From: Synechococcales cyanobacterium VAR_4_metabat_354
GTDB lineage: Bacteria; Cyanobacteriota; Cyanobacteriia; Cyanobacteriales; Chamaesiphonaceae
Assembly (NCBI GenBank): GCA_031414775.1
Contig: JANOQI010000024.1
Span: forward strand, 32,001 to 96,000
DNA: 64,000 nucleotides
Reading direction: 5' to 3'
Shown: in pieces, positions 40,199 through 50,515 of the stretch
How the letters are laid out: the number at the start of each line of letters is the position of its first letter
Position numbering within the stretch: position 1 is the stretch's first letter
The notes under the pieces: generated by a model
The model's input: the letters and a program-made list of their open reading frames with translations, nothing else
What the model was told of the DNA's origin: nothing
Databases searched by the model: none
Position numbers and translations under genes: made by a program

Positions 40199-41230
40199 TT
40201 AAATCTGACTTTTAGAAAATTCTCCACCCACATCTGGTAACTGGTTAATTCGATCAATCACCTGCTCTACTGCTGCTACCATTACCTCCGGCTGATCGAC
40301 CCAAACAAAATGACTACTCTCCACCGCTGAAAACCGCTGTGAATCATCTGCCACTTTCGCCAAGGCGATATGAATGCCATCCCTAATTCGATCGGCCTCA
40401 CCAATCAACCAATTCCATAGTCTGGGCGATCCAGGTAACTTCAGAAACGTCCCGGCCTTAATATTGACCACTGGCAAATCGCCCAACTCATTAGCCACCC
40501 GCAACTGTCTGCCACTAGCATCCAACCCGATCATTTCTCTAGCCATAGTCAACCAGTGACTAGCTCGATAAAAAGATCTTTTTACCTGCCTGAGCCTCAC
40601 CGGATCACAACGCTTTAGCTCCGGCTTGATTAGTTCAAATAGCCCCAACGTGCCTGCGGCTCTCACAACACCCAACATCGCTCCCACCGCAACAAAACCA
40701 AAAGAAATCGAGAAGAACAATTTCAGTAGCACTAATCGTAGCGGCAAAGATAGCATTTGTTCTTCATGCAAACCGTCAGTCATTACCAACCCAGCTACCT
40801 GCTCCGAATAACTATGGGTGAACAATCGCATGTTGTAGCTACCAAAAGAGTCACCCACCAAAATATAGGGTGGCTGAATCTGTGCTGTTTGTAATAAGGA
40901 TTGCAGCTCTGTACTAATTTGTTTGCTGGTGCGCGATCGCCAATTACTCGGACTCCAGCCATAGCCCGGTCGATCGAACACCACGACTCGCCCTAATTTA
41001 GTCAGCTTATCGATCAATAAATAACCTTCCACGCCACCTAAACTACTGTCCAAGACAATTGTGATAGCGCCGCTTCCTTGCTGATACCAATGCAATTTTT
41101 GGCTGCCAGTGGTGGTGATAGTACCAGGAGCCGGAAATTGACTGATTTCTAAGTAGCTAGCGATCGAATGGTAGCAGGTCGTAACTGCCAAAATACTCAG
41201 CTCAATTGCTTGAAATGTTGATAAATTCAT
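40199..41230 (-). CDS. Alpha/beta fold hydrolase
   Basis: FDRPGYGWS, LVGDSFGS nucleophile elbow and SSHFVWVDQP. Confidence 0.88.
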   Translation of the reverse strand: MNLSTFQAIELSILAVTTCYHSIASYLEISQFPAPGTITTTGSQKLHWYQQGSGAITIVLDSSLGGVEGYLLIDKLTKLGRVVVFDRPGYGWSPSNWRSRTSKQISTELQSLLQTAQIQPPYILVGDSFGSYNMRLFTHSYSEQVAGLVMTDGLHEEQMLSLPLRLVLLKLFFSISFGFVAVGAMLGVVRAAGTLGLFELIKPELKRCDPVRLRQVKRSFYRASHWLTMAREMIGLDASGRQLRVANELGDLPVVNIKAGTFLKLPGSPRLWNWLIGEADRIRDGIHIALAKVADDSQRFSAVESSHFVWVDQPEVMVAAVEQVIDRINQLPDVGGEFSKSQI

Positions 41231-41381
41231 TACTGGTGGGGCTGACCCAGGAATATTAGCTAATTATTCCCATTCTGGCAGACTTTGATAACTTTACCGG
41301 TTCAACTCTTTGATGGCGTTGGGAGCAATGATTGAAAATGTTCTACAATCTCGGATAGTTTTGATCATTCCCGGTAAAGCT

Positions 41382-41762
41382 ATGCGATTACTACACACCA
41401 TGCTGCGCGTCGGCAACCTAGAGCGATCGATCGATTTTTACTGCCAGGTACTGGGGATGCAGTTATTGCGACGGGAAGATTTCCCTAGCGGTAAATTCAC
41501 CTTAGCTTTTGTTGGCTATGGTACCGAATCTGACCATACAGTCATTGAGCTGACCCATAACTGGAGTCAAGATACCTACGAATTAGGTAACGCCTATGGA
41601 CATATTGCGATCGGCGTAGATGACATCTATCAAACCTGCGCCGAGATGAAAGCACGCGGTGGCAAAGTGATCCGAGAACCAGGAGCTATGCAGCATGGCA
41701 GTACCATTATTGCTTTTATTGAAGACCCTGATGGCTACAAAGTGGAGTTGATTCAGTCTTAG
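41382..41762 (+). CDS. gloA: Lactoylglutathione lyase (glyoxalase I)
   Basis: [25 protein letters not shown] and [12 protein letters not shown]. Confidence 0.96.
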   Translation: MRLLHTMLRVGNLERSIDFYCQVLGMQLLRREDFPSGKFTLAFVGYGTESDHTVIELTHNWSQDTYELGNAYGHIAIGVDDIYQTCAEMKARGGKVIREPGAMQHGSTIIAFIEDPDGYKVELIQS

Positions 41763-42096
41763 CACTCAGTTGAACATGCATTGTGCGATCGATCGCACTG
41801 GGATAATTGTTTTTTTGGGTTGGGGCATTATAAAAAGCATAGGTGTCGAACAGGGTACCTACTAATGCACAAACCATCGCAATGATCAACATCCCGGCGA
41901 GCGGTGAGCCACTACCAAAAACTGTCAAGAAACCAGTGATATGATGATTCCCGGCTAAGCCCAGACCACCCACCCCTGGCAAGTAAGCCCATAGTTGCAT
42001 ACCTAGCCAGACAGTCCCAAACAGTACGATCGGTGCTAAGAAACTAGCAAGAGCTGCCAATAGTAGGGAGCGCGTAAAGGCGGAAAAAATCTTCAT
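41716..42096 (-). CDS. Hypothetical membrane protein
   Basis: From [12 protein letters not shown] there are hydrophobic segments with FLTVFGSG and [11 protein letters not shown]. It overlaps the gloA 3' end. Confidence 0.65.
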   Translation of the reverse strand: MKIFSAFTRSLLLAALASFLAPIVLFGTVWLGMQLWAYLPGVGGLGLAGNHHITGFLTVFGSGSPLAGMLIIAMVCALVGTLFDTYAFYNAPTQKNNYPSAIDRTMHVQLSAKTESTPLCSHQGLQ

Positions 42097-42551
42097 GGGG
42101 TGACACCTGAATTGACTGTGGTGGTTCTGGTCAGTGTGTGCTTGGAGTTCGAAGCAGAACGAATATTTATGTTGAACACATTTCAAGATAAGGGTTTTTG
42201 GAACGGACTAACCAATTCTGTGAGAAATCTTAAAACTTCCTTAAGCTTTTACAAAAGTTTGTATTGTTTTCCAAAGTTACCGCCCCTCAAAAGATATTCA
42301 ATGATCTCTGTCTATACATCTAAGAGCCATGGTTTCAATGAAATACTACTCGAAAGAGTTAAAAATACTACAGGTGCTAAATAAAGCCAATCTTCACAAA
42401 TGTCGATCTATCTGGATTGGTTGTCATACTTAATCTTAATCCAATCCTTTAGTGATATTTAGTAAGTGATTTGGGGTTAGAGATTGGGGGATGGTTGCGC
42501 TAAGCTAGAGGAAGTCTAGTTCATATTTCTTCATCACTAGGCTTTACTAAC

Positions 42552-43244
42552 ATGACGGGGCAACCAAACCAGAGTGTCAACTCCCTCTGTCCAACTCCAG
42601 ACTTAGAAGCTTTACGCAATGTTTTTCAACAGGTGGATGGTCAGAGCTGTCCCCACCACTATAACTTTCATATGCACACTATTTGTTCTGATGGCCGTTT
42701 GGAGCCAGCAGAATTGATTAAACAAGCGGTGGACATTGGTCTTACCGATATGGCGATCACCGATCATCACAGTGTGCAGGGCTATTTGTTAGCCGTTCCT
42801 TTGCTAGCACAATATGATGCCGCTATACGGCCACGACTGTGGATTGGTACCGAGATTACGTCTTACATTGGCAATGTTGATGTTCATATTTTGGGCTATG
42901 GTTTTGATCCTGAACATCCCCAGTTGGCTCCCTATCTACGAGGTCGTGAAGCCGAGCGAGACTTGACCATGGCCGAGAAGGTAATTACGGCGATCCAGGC
43001 GGCTGGTGGTCTGGCAGTGCTGGCACACCCTTCGCGCTATCGTCGATCGGCTGAAGAGCTAGTCAAGGTGGTGGCTGACCTGGGTATTGACGGGCTAGAA
43101 ACTTTTTATGCTTACAAAAATACCGATCCCTGGGCACCGACTCCCGGTGAAACGGAACGAGTGCAAGAGTTAGCTCGGCGCTACGGCTTGTTTAGTACCT
43201 GTGGTACCGATACTCACGGTACTAATTTACGGATTCGTCGCTAG
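42552..43244 (+). CDS. PHP domain metal-dependent phosphoesterase
   Basis: HMHTICSDG, AITDHH, VHILGY, VLAHP and GTDTHG. Confidence 0.9.
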   Translation: MTGQPNQSVNSLCPTPDLEALRNVFQQVDGQSCPHHYNFHMHTICSDGRLEPAELIKQAVDIGLTDMAITDHHSVQGYLLAVPLLAQYDAAIRPRLWIGTEITSYIGNVDVHILGYGFDPEHPQLAPYLRGREAERDLTMAEKVITAIQAAGGLAVLAHPSRYRRSAEELVKVVADLGIDGLETFYAYKNTDPWAPTPGETERVQELARRYGLFSTCGTDTHGTNLRIRR

Positions 43245-43253
43245 TTCCAAAAC

Positions 43254-44087
43254 ATGACCGAGCCAATCGATCGATACATTAACGTGGCCGGAGTCCGCAC
43301 CCGCTATTGGCAAATGGGTGAGCAAGGTAGCCCGATCATTTTGTTGCATGGTGGCAATGGTTCGATCGAGTTTTGGCTATATAACTTAGCACCATTAGCC
43401 CAGTATCATCGGGTGTATGCCTTTGATATGTTTGGCTGTGGTCGCTCCAGCATTCCTGACCATCTGGATTATTCGCTAGCCGCTCAAGCGCAGTTTATTC
43501 AGGATTTCATGGCAATTTGCCAGCTAGAACGAGTCAGCCTCGTGGGCAACTCGATGGGCGGTGGGGCGGCGTTGTGTTTTGCTCATTTGTTTCCAGCTCA
43601 GATCGACAGGTTGGTACTCTCGGCACCGCTGGGATGGGGGCGGGAGATTAATCTTGGTTTGCGTCTTTTAACCGTACCCGGTTTACTTAATTGGCTGCGG
43701 CCCAGTCGAGCAATGATCCCGGCCATGCTGAAATGGAATTTTGCCCATCCTGAGAACTTGCCGCCGGACTGGATCGAACGGCGGTATGCAGTTTTTGCGC
43801 TACCCCACCGCCAACGCGCTATGGCAGCACTGGCACGGGCTAATCTCAATCTCTGGGGCGTACAGCCGCCCGTTTACGCAGCCGCCATTGCCCAGTTGCC
43901 CAGTTTACAACCGCCGACTTTGGTCATTTGGGGCGCACTCGATCGCGTGTTGCCAGTTGCTCACGCCCAACGTGCCCAGCAAATTCCGAACCATCAACTA
44001 GCTATTTGGCCAGATTGCGGCCATCATCCTTTTTTAGAATTTCCCCACCGGTTTAATCAGCTAGTGTTAGACTTTTTGGCGAACTGA
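43254..44087 (+). CDS. Alpha/beta fold hydrolase
   Basis: LLHGGNG, VGNSMGG, WGALD and CGHHPFLE. Confidence 0.9.
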   Translation: MTEPIDRYINVAGVRTRYWQMGEQGSPIILLHGGNGSIEFWLYNLAPLAQYHRVYAFDMFGCGRSSIPDHLDYSLAAQAQFIQDFMAICQLERVSLVGNSMGGGAALCFAHLFPAQIDRLVLSAPLGWGREINLGLRLLTVPGLLNWLRPSRAMIPAMLKWNFAHPENLPPDWIERRYAVFALPHRQRAMAALARANLNLWGVQPPVYAAAIAQLPSLQPPTLVIWGALDRVLPVAHAQRAQQIPNHQLAIWPDCGHHPFLEFPHRFNQLVLDFLAN

Positions 44088-44126
44088 AAATATCAGCATA
44101 GTCCGCCCAAATTAATTATTAACTTT

Positions 44127-44330
44127 ATGTCTCCATTAGTAAGTACGCTCTTGCGAGTAATCATTTTATCGACAGTTATCTCGATCACTATTAAGTTCGG
44201 TGCCCCCCAGCTGAATATTCCGGCCAATACCACAACTGCTACAATTGGGGTCTTTCTACCAGTCTTGTTGATTGCGCTCTTTCTGGGGTGGCGACAGGTG
44301 CAAGCTGGTGTATCAAGGAGTCAGCCGTGA
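44127..44330 (+). CDS. Small two-TM hypothetical protein
   Basis: Two hydrophobic helices. The stop overlaps the next start (GTGA). Confidence 0.65.
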   Translation: MSPLVSTLLRVIILSTVISITIKFGAPQLNIPANTTTATIGVFLPVLLIALFLGWRQVQAGVSRSQP

Positions 44331-45466
44331 AGTTTGGTCAATGGTTGGGTTTAATCGTTTTAGCGATTAGTTTGTATGTGGTTTGGCAAATTCGCCAACT
44401 GTTGCTGATGGCCTTTGCCGCTATTTTGTTGGCAACATCGCTCAATCAACTGGCGCGAATGCTCCGCCATCGTCTTAATCTCAAAAAAGGGCTATCTACT
44501 CTTATTGCTTTAATAATCTTTTTGCTAGCAGTGATCGCTTTTTCTTGGCTAATTGTGCCGCCTTTAGCCACCCAATTTAAAGAAATTGCTGCCGATAAAT
44601 TGCCTCGTTTATTTGCATTGTCAGCAGACTGGCGTAACCAGTTGGGTCGCTATTTACCAGAACAGATGATGGCCGCAATTCCTGATGCCGCCGCCATTCA
44701 AGAACAAGCCCAACCGATCGGCAAGTTTCTGCTGGGCGGATCTTTTGCTGTTTTTTCTAGTTCGCTAACTGTGATTTTGAATCTGTTGCTGCTGCTGGTA
44801 TTGACTATTATGCTACTGGTACAGCCTGAGTCTTATCGCAAAGTGTTTGTATTGCTTTTCCCCCAATTCTATCGCCGCCGCGTCGAAGGAATTTTGAATG
44901 AATGTGAAATTTCACTAGGTAAATGGGTAGTCGGCGCTGCCATCAGTATGTTGGCGGTGGCGCTGATGAGCACGGTGGGTCTCTGGGCATTAAATATCCC
45001 CTACCCACTAGCTCAAGGAGTGCTAGCTGGCCTGCTCAACTTTATTCCCAATTTGGGTCCGACGCTTAGTGTGATCTTACCGATGGGTTTGGCTTTGTTG
45101 GATGACCCCTGGAAGCCTTTACTCGTGCTAGTACTGTACTTTTTTATTCAGCAAATCGAGAGTAGTTTGCTCACCCCTTATATCATGGCGCAGCAGGTAT
45201 CACTACTGCCGGCACTCACTTTGTTAGCTCAGGTATTTTTTGCCAGTTCTTTTGGCTTTTTGGGATTACTATTGGCCTTGCCGTTAAGTGTGGTCTTCAA
45301 AGTTTGGTTTAATGCGGTGGTTATTGAAGATGTCCTCAACCACTGGCAACACCGCCCTCGTAATCAGGACTTAACAGAAAAGTTGGCGGCTCTAGATCCC
45401 TGGGAGCTGGAGACTGAATCTGAATTAGTCATGATTAAAATGGACTCTACTGATGGAGATAACTGA
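44327..45466 (+). CDS. AI-2E family transporter
   Basis: LLNFIPNLGP, IQQIESSLLTP and GFLGLLLALP. GTG start at 44327 follows AGGAG. Confidence 0.9.
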   Translation: MKFGQWLGLIVLAISLYVVWQIRQLLLMAFAAILLATSLNQLARMLRHRLNLKKGLSTLIALIIFLLAVIAFSWLIVPPLATQFKEIAADKLPRLFALSADWRNQLGRYLPEQMMAAIPDAAAIQEQAQPIGKFLLGGSFAVFSSSLTVILNLLLLLVLTIMLLVQPESYRKVFVLLFPQFYRRRVEGILNECEISLGKWVVGAAISMLAVALMSTVGLWALNIPYPLAQGVLAGLLNFIPNLGPTLSVILPMGLALLDDPWKPLLVLVLYFFIQQIESSLLTPYIMAQQVSLLPALTLLAQVFFASSFGFLGLLLALPLSVVFKVWFNAVVIEDVLNHWQHRPRNQDLTEKLAALDPWELETESELVMIKMDSTDGDN

Positions 45467-46644
45467 TGCGGACTATTGCTGAAATTAATGATCGAATCCT
45501 TTCTAAAAAAGCCGTAGTTTGTTCAGTAACAGAATTTAAGGCTAAAGTGGCCGAAATTGGCTTAAACGCGGCAGCTCAGCAAGTTGATGTGGTGACTACT
45601 GGCAGCTTTGAGCCAATGGAATCCTCGGGAGCGATCATTAATCTTGGCCACACTGATCCACCAATTAAGATTCGCAGCTGCTGGCTGAATGGGGTACCGA
45701 CCTATGCGGGTTTTGGGGCGGTAGATTTATATTTGGGTGCTACTCAGCTGGCTGATGACAACAATGAATCCGACGAAAAGGGTGGGGCTCATGTTATTGA
45801 AGATTTAATTGCTGGGAAATCGGTAACGCTGAAGGCGATCGGCCAGGGCACAGATTGCTATCCCCGCACTAACTTCAACACCACGATCACTAAAGATACC
45901 ATCAATCAGTTTTATCTTTATAATCCGCGCAACCTCTACCAAAACTTTATTGTGGGCGTGAATGGTGGCGATCGCCCTCTTTATACTTATCTGGGTCCTT
46001 TACAACCCCGGTTGGGCAACGCTGTTTTTTCTAATGCTGGCGCAATTTCACCGCTTTTTAATGATCCGGAGCTGTTATCGATCGGCATCGGCAGTCGCAT
46101 TTTTCTGGGTGGTGGAATTGGCTATGTCGCTTGGGAAGGTACTCAGCATTTCCCTCTCCAAAAGAGGCTAGAAAATCAAACTCCGGTCGGACCGGCAGCG
46201 ACCCTGGCCTTAATTGGCGATGCCAAACAAATGACTGCCGAATGGGTGCGCGGCTGCTACTTTAAAAATTATGGGCCATCACTGATGTTGGGAGTCGGTG
46301 TGGCCATCCCTATTTTGAATGAGCAAGTGGCCGCTGGCTGCGCTGTCAATGATCAGGACATTGTGGCTCCGATCGTCGATTTTTCCATTCCTCGGCGGGT
46401 GCGACCCACTTTTGGCTTGGTGAATTACGCTCAACTCAAAACTGGCAAAATCAAGATTGATGGCCGGACAGTACGGGTTGCGCCGCTAGTCAGCCTCCAT
46501 CGATCGCTAGCAATCGCTGAGTTATTAAAGCAGTGGATTCTGGCTGGCGATTTTACTTTGACTGAACCAGTAGCACCTTTACCGATTGATCGTACTTTTA
46601 TTCCTCAAGATCGGCGCAGTAGTGAGTTGCTAAATGATGAATAA
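45466..46644 (+). CDS. Homocysteine biosynthesis protein (DUF39, L-aspartate-semialdehyde sulfurtransferase-like)
   Basis: MRTIAEINDRI, VDVVTTG.F.PM.SSGA, AVDLYLGAT, GGAHVIEDLIAGK, GTDCYPR and NPRN.YQN. Confidence 0.85.
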   Translation: MRTIAEINDRILSKKAVVCSVTEFKAKVAEIGLNAAAQQVDVVTTGSFEPMESSGAIINLGHTDPPIKIRSCWLNGVPTYAGFGAVDLYLGATQLADDNNESDEKGGAHVIEDLIAGKSVTLKAIGQGTDCYPRTNFNTTITKDTINQFYLYNPRNLYQNFIVGVNGGDRPLYTYLGPLQPRLGNAVFSNAGAISPLFNDPELLSIGIGSRIFLGGGIGYVAWEGTQHFPLQKRLENQTPVGPAATLALIGDAKQMTAEWVRGCYFKNYGPSLMLGVGVAIPILNEQVAAGCAVNDQDIVAPIVDFSIPRRVRPTFGLVNYAQLKTGKIKIDGRTVRVAPLVSLHRSLAIAELLKQWILAGDFTLTEPVAPLPIDRTFIPQDRRSSELLNDE

Positions 46645-46687
46645 TTCTTTTGATAATTTACCAGCTATGCCTGCTGCTGTGATGGTT

Positions 46688-47239
46688 TTAAACTAGCTTA
46701 GGAATTGAGATGGGGTTCATCAAAAATTCGGTAGCTTGGGTCGCGGCTGCCGTTGATACCTGAATCGCTCTCATCTTCACCAAACCATCCCCTAGAAAAA
46801 AGTCCCGCACCGTCGCTCGATCGCCACTGTTAAACTCCGTCTCGTAAAAAATCTCCTTAATTCCCGCCGAAATAATCAGCTTCAGACAGGCCAAACAAGG
46901 CTCCAACGTGACATAGATTGTCGCCCCATCTGTTCTGATGCCATGTTTAGCCGCTTGAGCGATCGCATTAGCCTCGGCATGAATCGACCTGGACGGCAAA
47001 TTATTATCAGTGCATTTTTGCAAACCTTCATAGCAAAAGCCTTGAGCCGTACAATGTGGCGAACCGGGCGGCGAGCCATTGTAACCAGTAGCCAAAATCT
47101 GTCGATCTTTGACGATCACCGCGCCCACTGGAAATGCCAAGCAAGTCGATCGGACTGCTGACAACTTGGCAATCATCATAAAATATTCATCCCATGAAGG
47201 GCGGACATGGATTTCGTTCACGATTTTAGAAGCTGGCAA
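46688..47239 (-). CDS. dCMP deaminase (deoxycytidylate deaminase)
   Basis: RPSWDEYFM, RSTC, ILATGYNG, HAEANAI and PCLAC zinc motifs. Confidence 0.92.
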   Translation of the reverse strand: MPASKIVNEIHVRPSWDEYFMMIAKLSAVRSTCLAFPVGAVIVKDRQILATGYNGSPPGSPHCTAQGFCYEGLQKCTDNNLPSRSIHAEANAIAQAAKHGIRTDGATIYVTLEPCLACLKLIISAGIKEIFYETEFNSGDRATVRDFFLGDGLVKMRAIQVSTAAATQATEFLMNPISIPKLV

Positions 47240-47317
47240 GGACTTACGACTTTATCTATCTTCTCACAGAGACCGAACACTGGTATCGTGTAATCTTTGA
47301 ATACCTAGACCAAGAAA

Positions 47318-47776
47318 ATGACTTCTTCCAGTCACTTACCCGTTAAAATCAAGCGTCTGGTACCCGCAGCGCAGCTGCCCAGATACGAACATCCTGGTGA
47401 CTCTGGAGCCGATCTCACCGCTGTAATCACCTGCACCATTGAACCTCAGCAATGGCTGGCCGTGCCCACTGGCTTATCCGCCGAGATTCCGATCGGCTTT
47501 GAGCTGCAAGTGAGACCGCGCAGTGGCCTGGCCTTTAAAAAAGGCATTACTGTTCTTAATGCTCCCGGTACGATCGATGCTGGCTATCGGGGCGAAATTA
47601 AAGTGATTTTAATTAACCACGGCTCTGCCCCTTTTGAGATTCAGCCTGGTGATAAAATTGCTCAAATGGTGGTGGCCAGTGTTGTTTTTGGTCAATTTAC
47701 TGAGGTCACTGAATTAGACGAGTCCGCCCGAGGTAGTGGCGGTTTTGGCTCCACGGGAACAGTCTATGCTGAATAA
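47318..47776 (+). CDS. dut: Trimeric dUTP diphosphatase
   Basis: All five motifs are present: GADL, RPRSGLA, GTIDAGYRGE, IAQ and RGSGGFGSTG. Confidence 0.96.
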   Translation: MTSSSHLPVKIKRLVPAAQLPRYEHPGDSGADLTAVITCTIEPQQWLAVPTGLSAEIPIGFELQVRPRSGLAFKKGITVLNAPGTIDAGYRGEIKVILINHGSAPFEIQPGDKIAQMVVASVVFGQFTEVTELDESARGSGGFGSTGTVYAE

Positions 47777-49391
47777 TTTTTCGGAAGAATCACTTACTGA
47801 CTCCGAACAATCTTTGCTGCAACCCTTTGTCACCAATCTGGACAAGTCAGTTTTTGGCCTGCGAAATTTACCAGAAGTAGTCAAAGGTGCTTTATTCTCG
47901 CGCTACAGCCGCAGCGAAAAGAGCCTGCGCCAAATTTTGTTATCGGAGTTTATTACGGCTCCAGAATCGGGATTCGATAGTCTCGTTGGGATTAATGCAG
48001 CCAATAATTCTGACCAGTCAGTAGCTACGGGGAAAGCTGAAGCTTTCTACGATCGGGTGCTAATTGGTTACGGCGATGACTCAGTGGCCGAACTTGGTGG
48101 CGCTCACTTGGCTTGTGAAAATATCAGCAACATTGCCGCCAAAGCCCTTGAAGATAGCAGGTTGGGTCTATCCCCCCTTGAAAAATCCACCAGATATTTG
48201 CCCTTCAATAAAAAAAACAATGGGCGCTACCGCTATTTCCGCGAGCCAGAAATCATGGCTTCGCCCCATGCCGCTCTCTACGAAGCCACTCTCGACCATC
48301 TTTTTGATACTTACAGCAATCTAGTAGACCCGTTACTGAGCTGGCTGCAAACTATCACCCCGCGTGACGAGAACACCTCCGAACGCGCTTACCACAGCGC
48401 CACCCGCGCCAAAACTTTTGATTTATTACGGGGCTTACTCCCGATGGCCACTTTGACCAATGTTGGTTTATTTGGTAATGGTCGCGCCTTTGAATATTTG
48501 CTAGTGAAGCTATCAGCCTCCGACCATGCCGAAGTACAGGAGTTGGGCGTGGCGATGAATCAAGAACTCCAGCAAACGATTCCCTCTTTCGTCAAACGTG
48601 CCCATAGCGATCGCGGTCAACAATACGCCGGGTATCTGTCTCAAAACCTACACCAGACTCAGCAAATCACCCAGAAGTTGATGGGACAGGTTGAGCCGGA
48701 GCTTACTGAGACTGTTCAGCTCATCGAATACGACCCAGAAGCCGAAAGTAAAGTAATTGCAGCCATTCTCTATCCCCATAGTGATCTGAACTATGCCCAA
48801 GTCCAGGAACAAGTTAAGAATTTATCATCGGCTAAAAAACTAGAAATCATTAGTACTTATATCGGTAACAGGCAGTCGCGCTTTCACCGGCCAGGTCGCG
48901 CCTTGGAAGAAACCTACTATACTTTTGATATCCTGGCCGACCTAGGAGCCTACCGCGACCTGCATCGCCATCGGATCATGACCCAAGAACGGCAGCGTTA
49001 TACTGTGCGTCACGGCTATATTGTGCCATCAGAACTAACCGAATCTGGTCTGGCAACAACTTACTGTCAGGCCTTAGAACAAACTGCTCAGGCCACTGAA
49101 ATAATTGCCCAGGATTTACCCGTAGCATCTCAATACCTTGTCCCCTTCGCCTACCGCACCCGCTGGCGGATCAAGCTCAATTTGCGCGAAGCCTATCACC
49201 TGATTGAATTACGCAGTGCACGGCAGGGCCATCCCACTTATAGATCGATCGCCCAATCTATGTATCAGCAAATTTTGGCTGTACACCCCACCTTGGTTGC
49301 TAAAATGAGCTTCGTAGACTTAGATGATTATGTACTAGAACGGCTTAGTGCTGAGCAACGCCTCGACCAAAAACTCCAGCAACAAAACTAG
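47766..49391 (+). CDS. thyX: FAD-dependent thymidylate synthase, long tandem-domain form (541 aa)
   Basis: ALFSRYSR, GYGDDSVAELG and SPLEKSTRY in the first half; RDLHRHR, NLREAYHLIELRS and GHPTYR in the second. Confidence 0.88.
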   Translation: MLNNFSEESLTDSEQSLLQPFVTNLDKSVFGLRNLPEVVKGALFSRYSRSEKSLRQILLSEFITAPESGFDSLVGINAANNSDQSVATGKAEAFYDRVLIGYGDDSVAELGGAHLACENISNIAAKALEDSRLGLSPLEKSTRYLPFNKKNNGRYRYFREPEIMASPHAALYEATLDHLFDTYSNLVDPLLSWLQTITPRDENTSERAYHSATRAKTFDLLRGLLPMATLTNVGLFGNGRAFEYLLVKLSASDHAEVQELGVAMNQELQQTIPSFVKRAHSDRGQQYAGYLSQNLHQTQQITQKLMGQVEPELTETVQLIEYDPEAESKVIAAILYPHSDLNYAQVQEQVKNLSSAKKLEIISTYIGNRQSRFHRPGRALEETYYTFDILADLGAYRDLHRHRIMTQERQRYTVRHGYIVPSELTESGLATTYCQALEQTAQATEIIAQDLPVASQYLVPFAYRTRWRIKLNLREAYHLIELRSARQGHPTYRSIAQSMYQQILAVHPTLVAKMSFVDLDDYVLERLSAEQRLDQKLQQQN

Positions 49392-49447
49392 GTATCTATT
49401 TTTTTACTGGTGTCTAACCCATCGCGATATTTAGGCCAGGATTAACA

Positions 49448-50515
49448 ATGAACAAAGACTGTATTTTGGTGACAGGTGGTGCTGGTTTTATCGGCTCCAA
49501 CTTTATTTCACTGATTATTGACTCCACCACTTTGATATTAATCAATTTAGATAAATTAACTTATGCTGGCAATTTAGCTACGGTGGAACAGTTTGCGAGT
49601 AGTGAACAACACATCTTTGTCCAAGGCGATATTGGCGATCGACAACTCGTTCAGGACTTATTAGAGAAATATCAACCGCAGGCCATTGTTAACTTTGCTG
49701 CCGAAACGCATGTTGATCGATCGATCGACAGTCCCGCTGCTTTTATTGATACCAACATTAATGGCACCTTTAATTTATTAGAAGCTGCTCGTCAATATTG
49801 GCGAAATCTAACTGGTGAGACTCGCGATAAATTTCGCTTTTTGCACATCTCTACCGATGAAGTATTTGGCTCTCTCGCACCAGATGAACCAGCCTTTACC
49901 GAAACTACTCCCTATAGCCCGAATAGTCCCTATTCTGCTTCTAAGGCTAGCTCCGACCACTTAGTGCGCGCCTATTTTCATACCTACGGTTTACCAACTT
50001 TAATTACCAATTGTTCTAATAACTATGGACCTTACCAGTTCCCCGAAAAACTGATTCCATTAATGATTCTCAATGCTTTAGCGGGCAAGCCTCTGCCAGT
50101 CTATGGCGACGGTCAAAATGTGCGGGACTGGCTCTATGTCGAAGACCATTGTCAGGCGATTGCCCTTGTTCTAGAACAAGGAATACCCGGTGAAACGTAC
50201 AATATTGGCGGTAATGCCGAACACGACAATCTGTGGTTAGTGAGGCAACTCTGTACCATTTTAGATGAACTACTACCCACATCCCCCCACCATCCACATC
50301 AACAGCTGATTCAATTTGTGCAAGATCGACCAGGACACGATCTGCGGTATGCGATCGACTTCACTAAAATTCAGCAAGAACTAGGCTGGAAGCCCCGCGA
50401 AGATATCGCTTCTGGTTTGCGCCAAACGGTTCAATGGTACCTAGCACACCAAGATTGGTGTCAAACTGTCACCGCCAATCAGTATCAGCAACAGCGGCTG
50501 GGAGTCAGCACATGA
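49448..50515 (+). CDS. rfbB: dTDP-glucose 4,6-dehydratase
   Basis: [41 protein letters not shown] and DRPGHD.RY. Confidence 0.96.
   Translation: MNKDCILVTGGAGFIGSNFISLIIDSTTLILINLDKLTYAGNLATVEQFASSEQHIFVQGDIGDRQLVQDLLEKYQPQAIVNFAAETHVDRSIDSPAAFIDTNINGTFNLLEAARQYWRNLTGETRDKFRFLHISTDEVFGSLAPDEPAFTETTPYSPNSPYSASKASSDHLVRAYFHTYGLPTLITNCSNNYGPYQFPEKLIPLMILNALAGKPLPVYGDGQNVRDWLYVEDHCQAIALVLEQGIPGETYNIGGNAEHDNLWLVRQLCTILDELLPTSPHHPHQQLIQFVQDRPGHDLRYAIDFTKIQQELGWKPREDIASGLRQTVQWYLAHQDWCQTVTANQYQQQRLGVST

Noticed and set aside
46688..47776. Deaminase plus dUTPase as an anti-phage nucleotide-depletion system or phage remnant
   Set aside because: The deaminase is a short housekeeping-type enzyme with no kinase/P-loop fusion, and no phage or defence genes are nearby.
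47766..49391. Intein as the explanation for the long ThyX
   Set aside because: No Cys/Ser...His-Asn splice junctions or homing-endonuclease motifs were seen, and both halves look ThyX-like.
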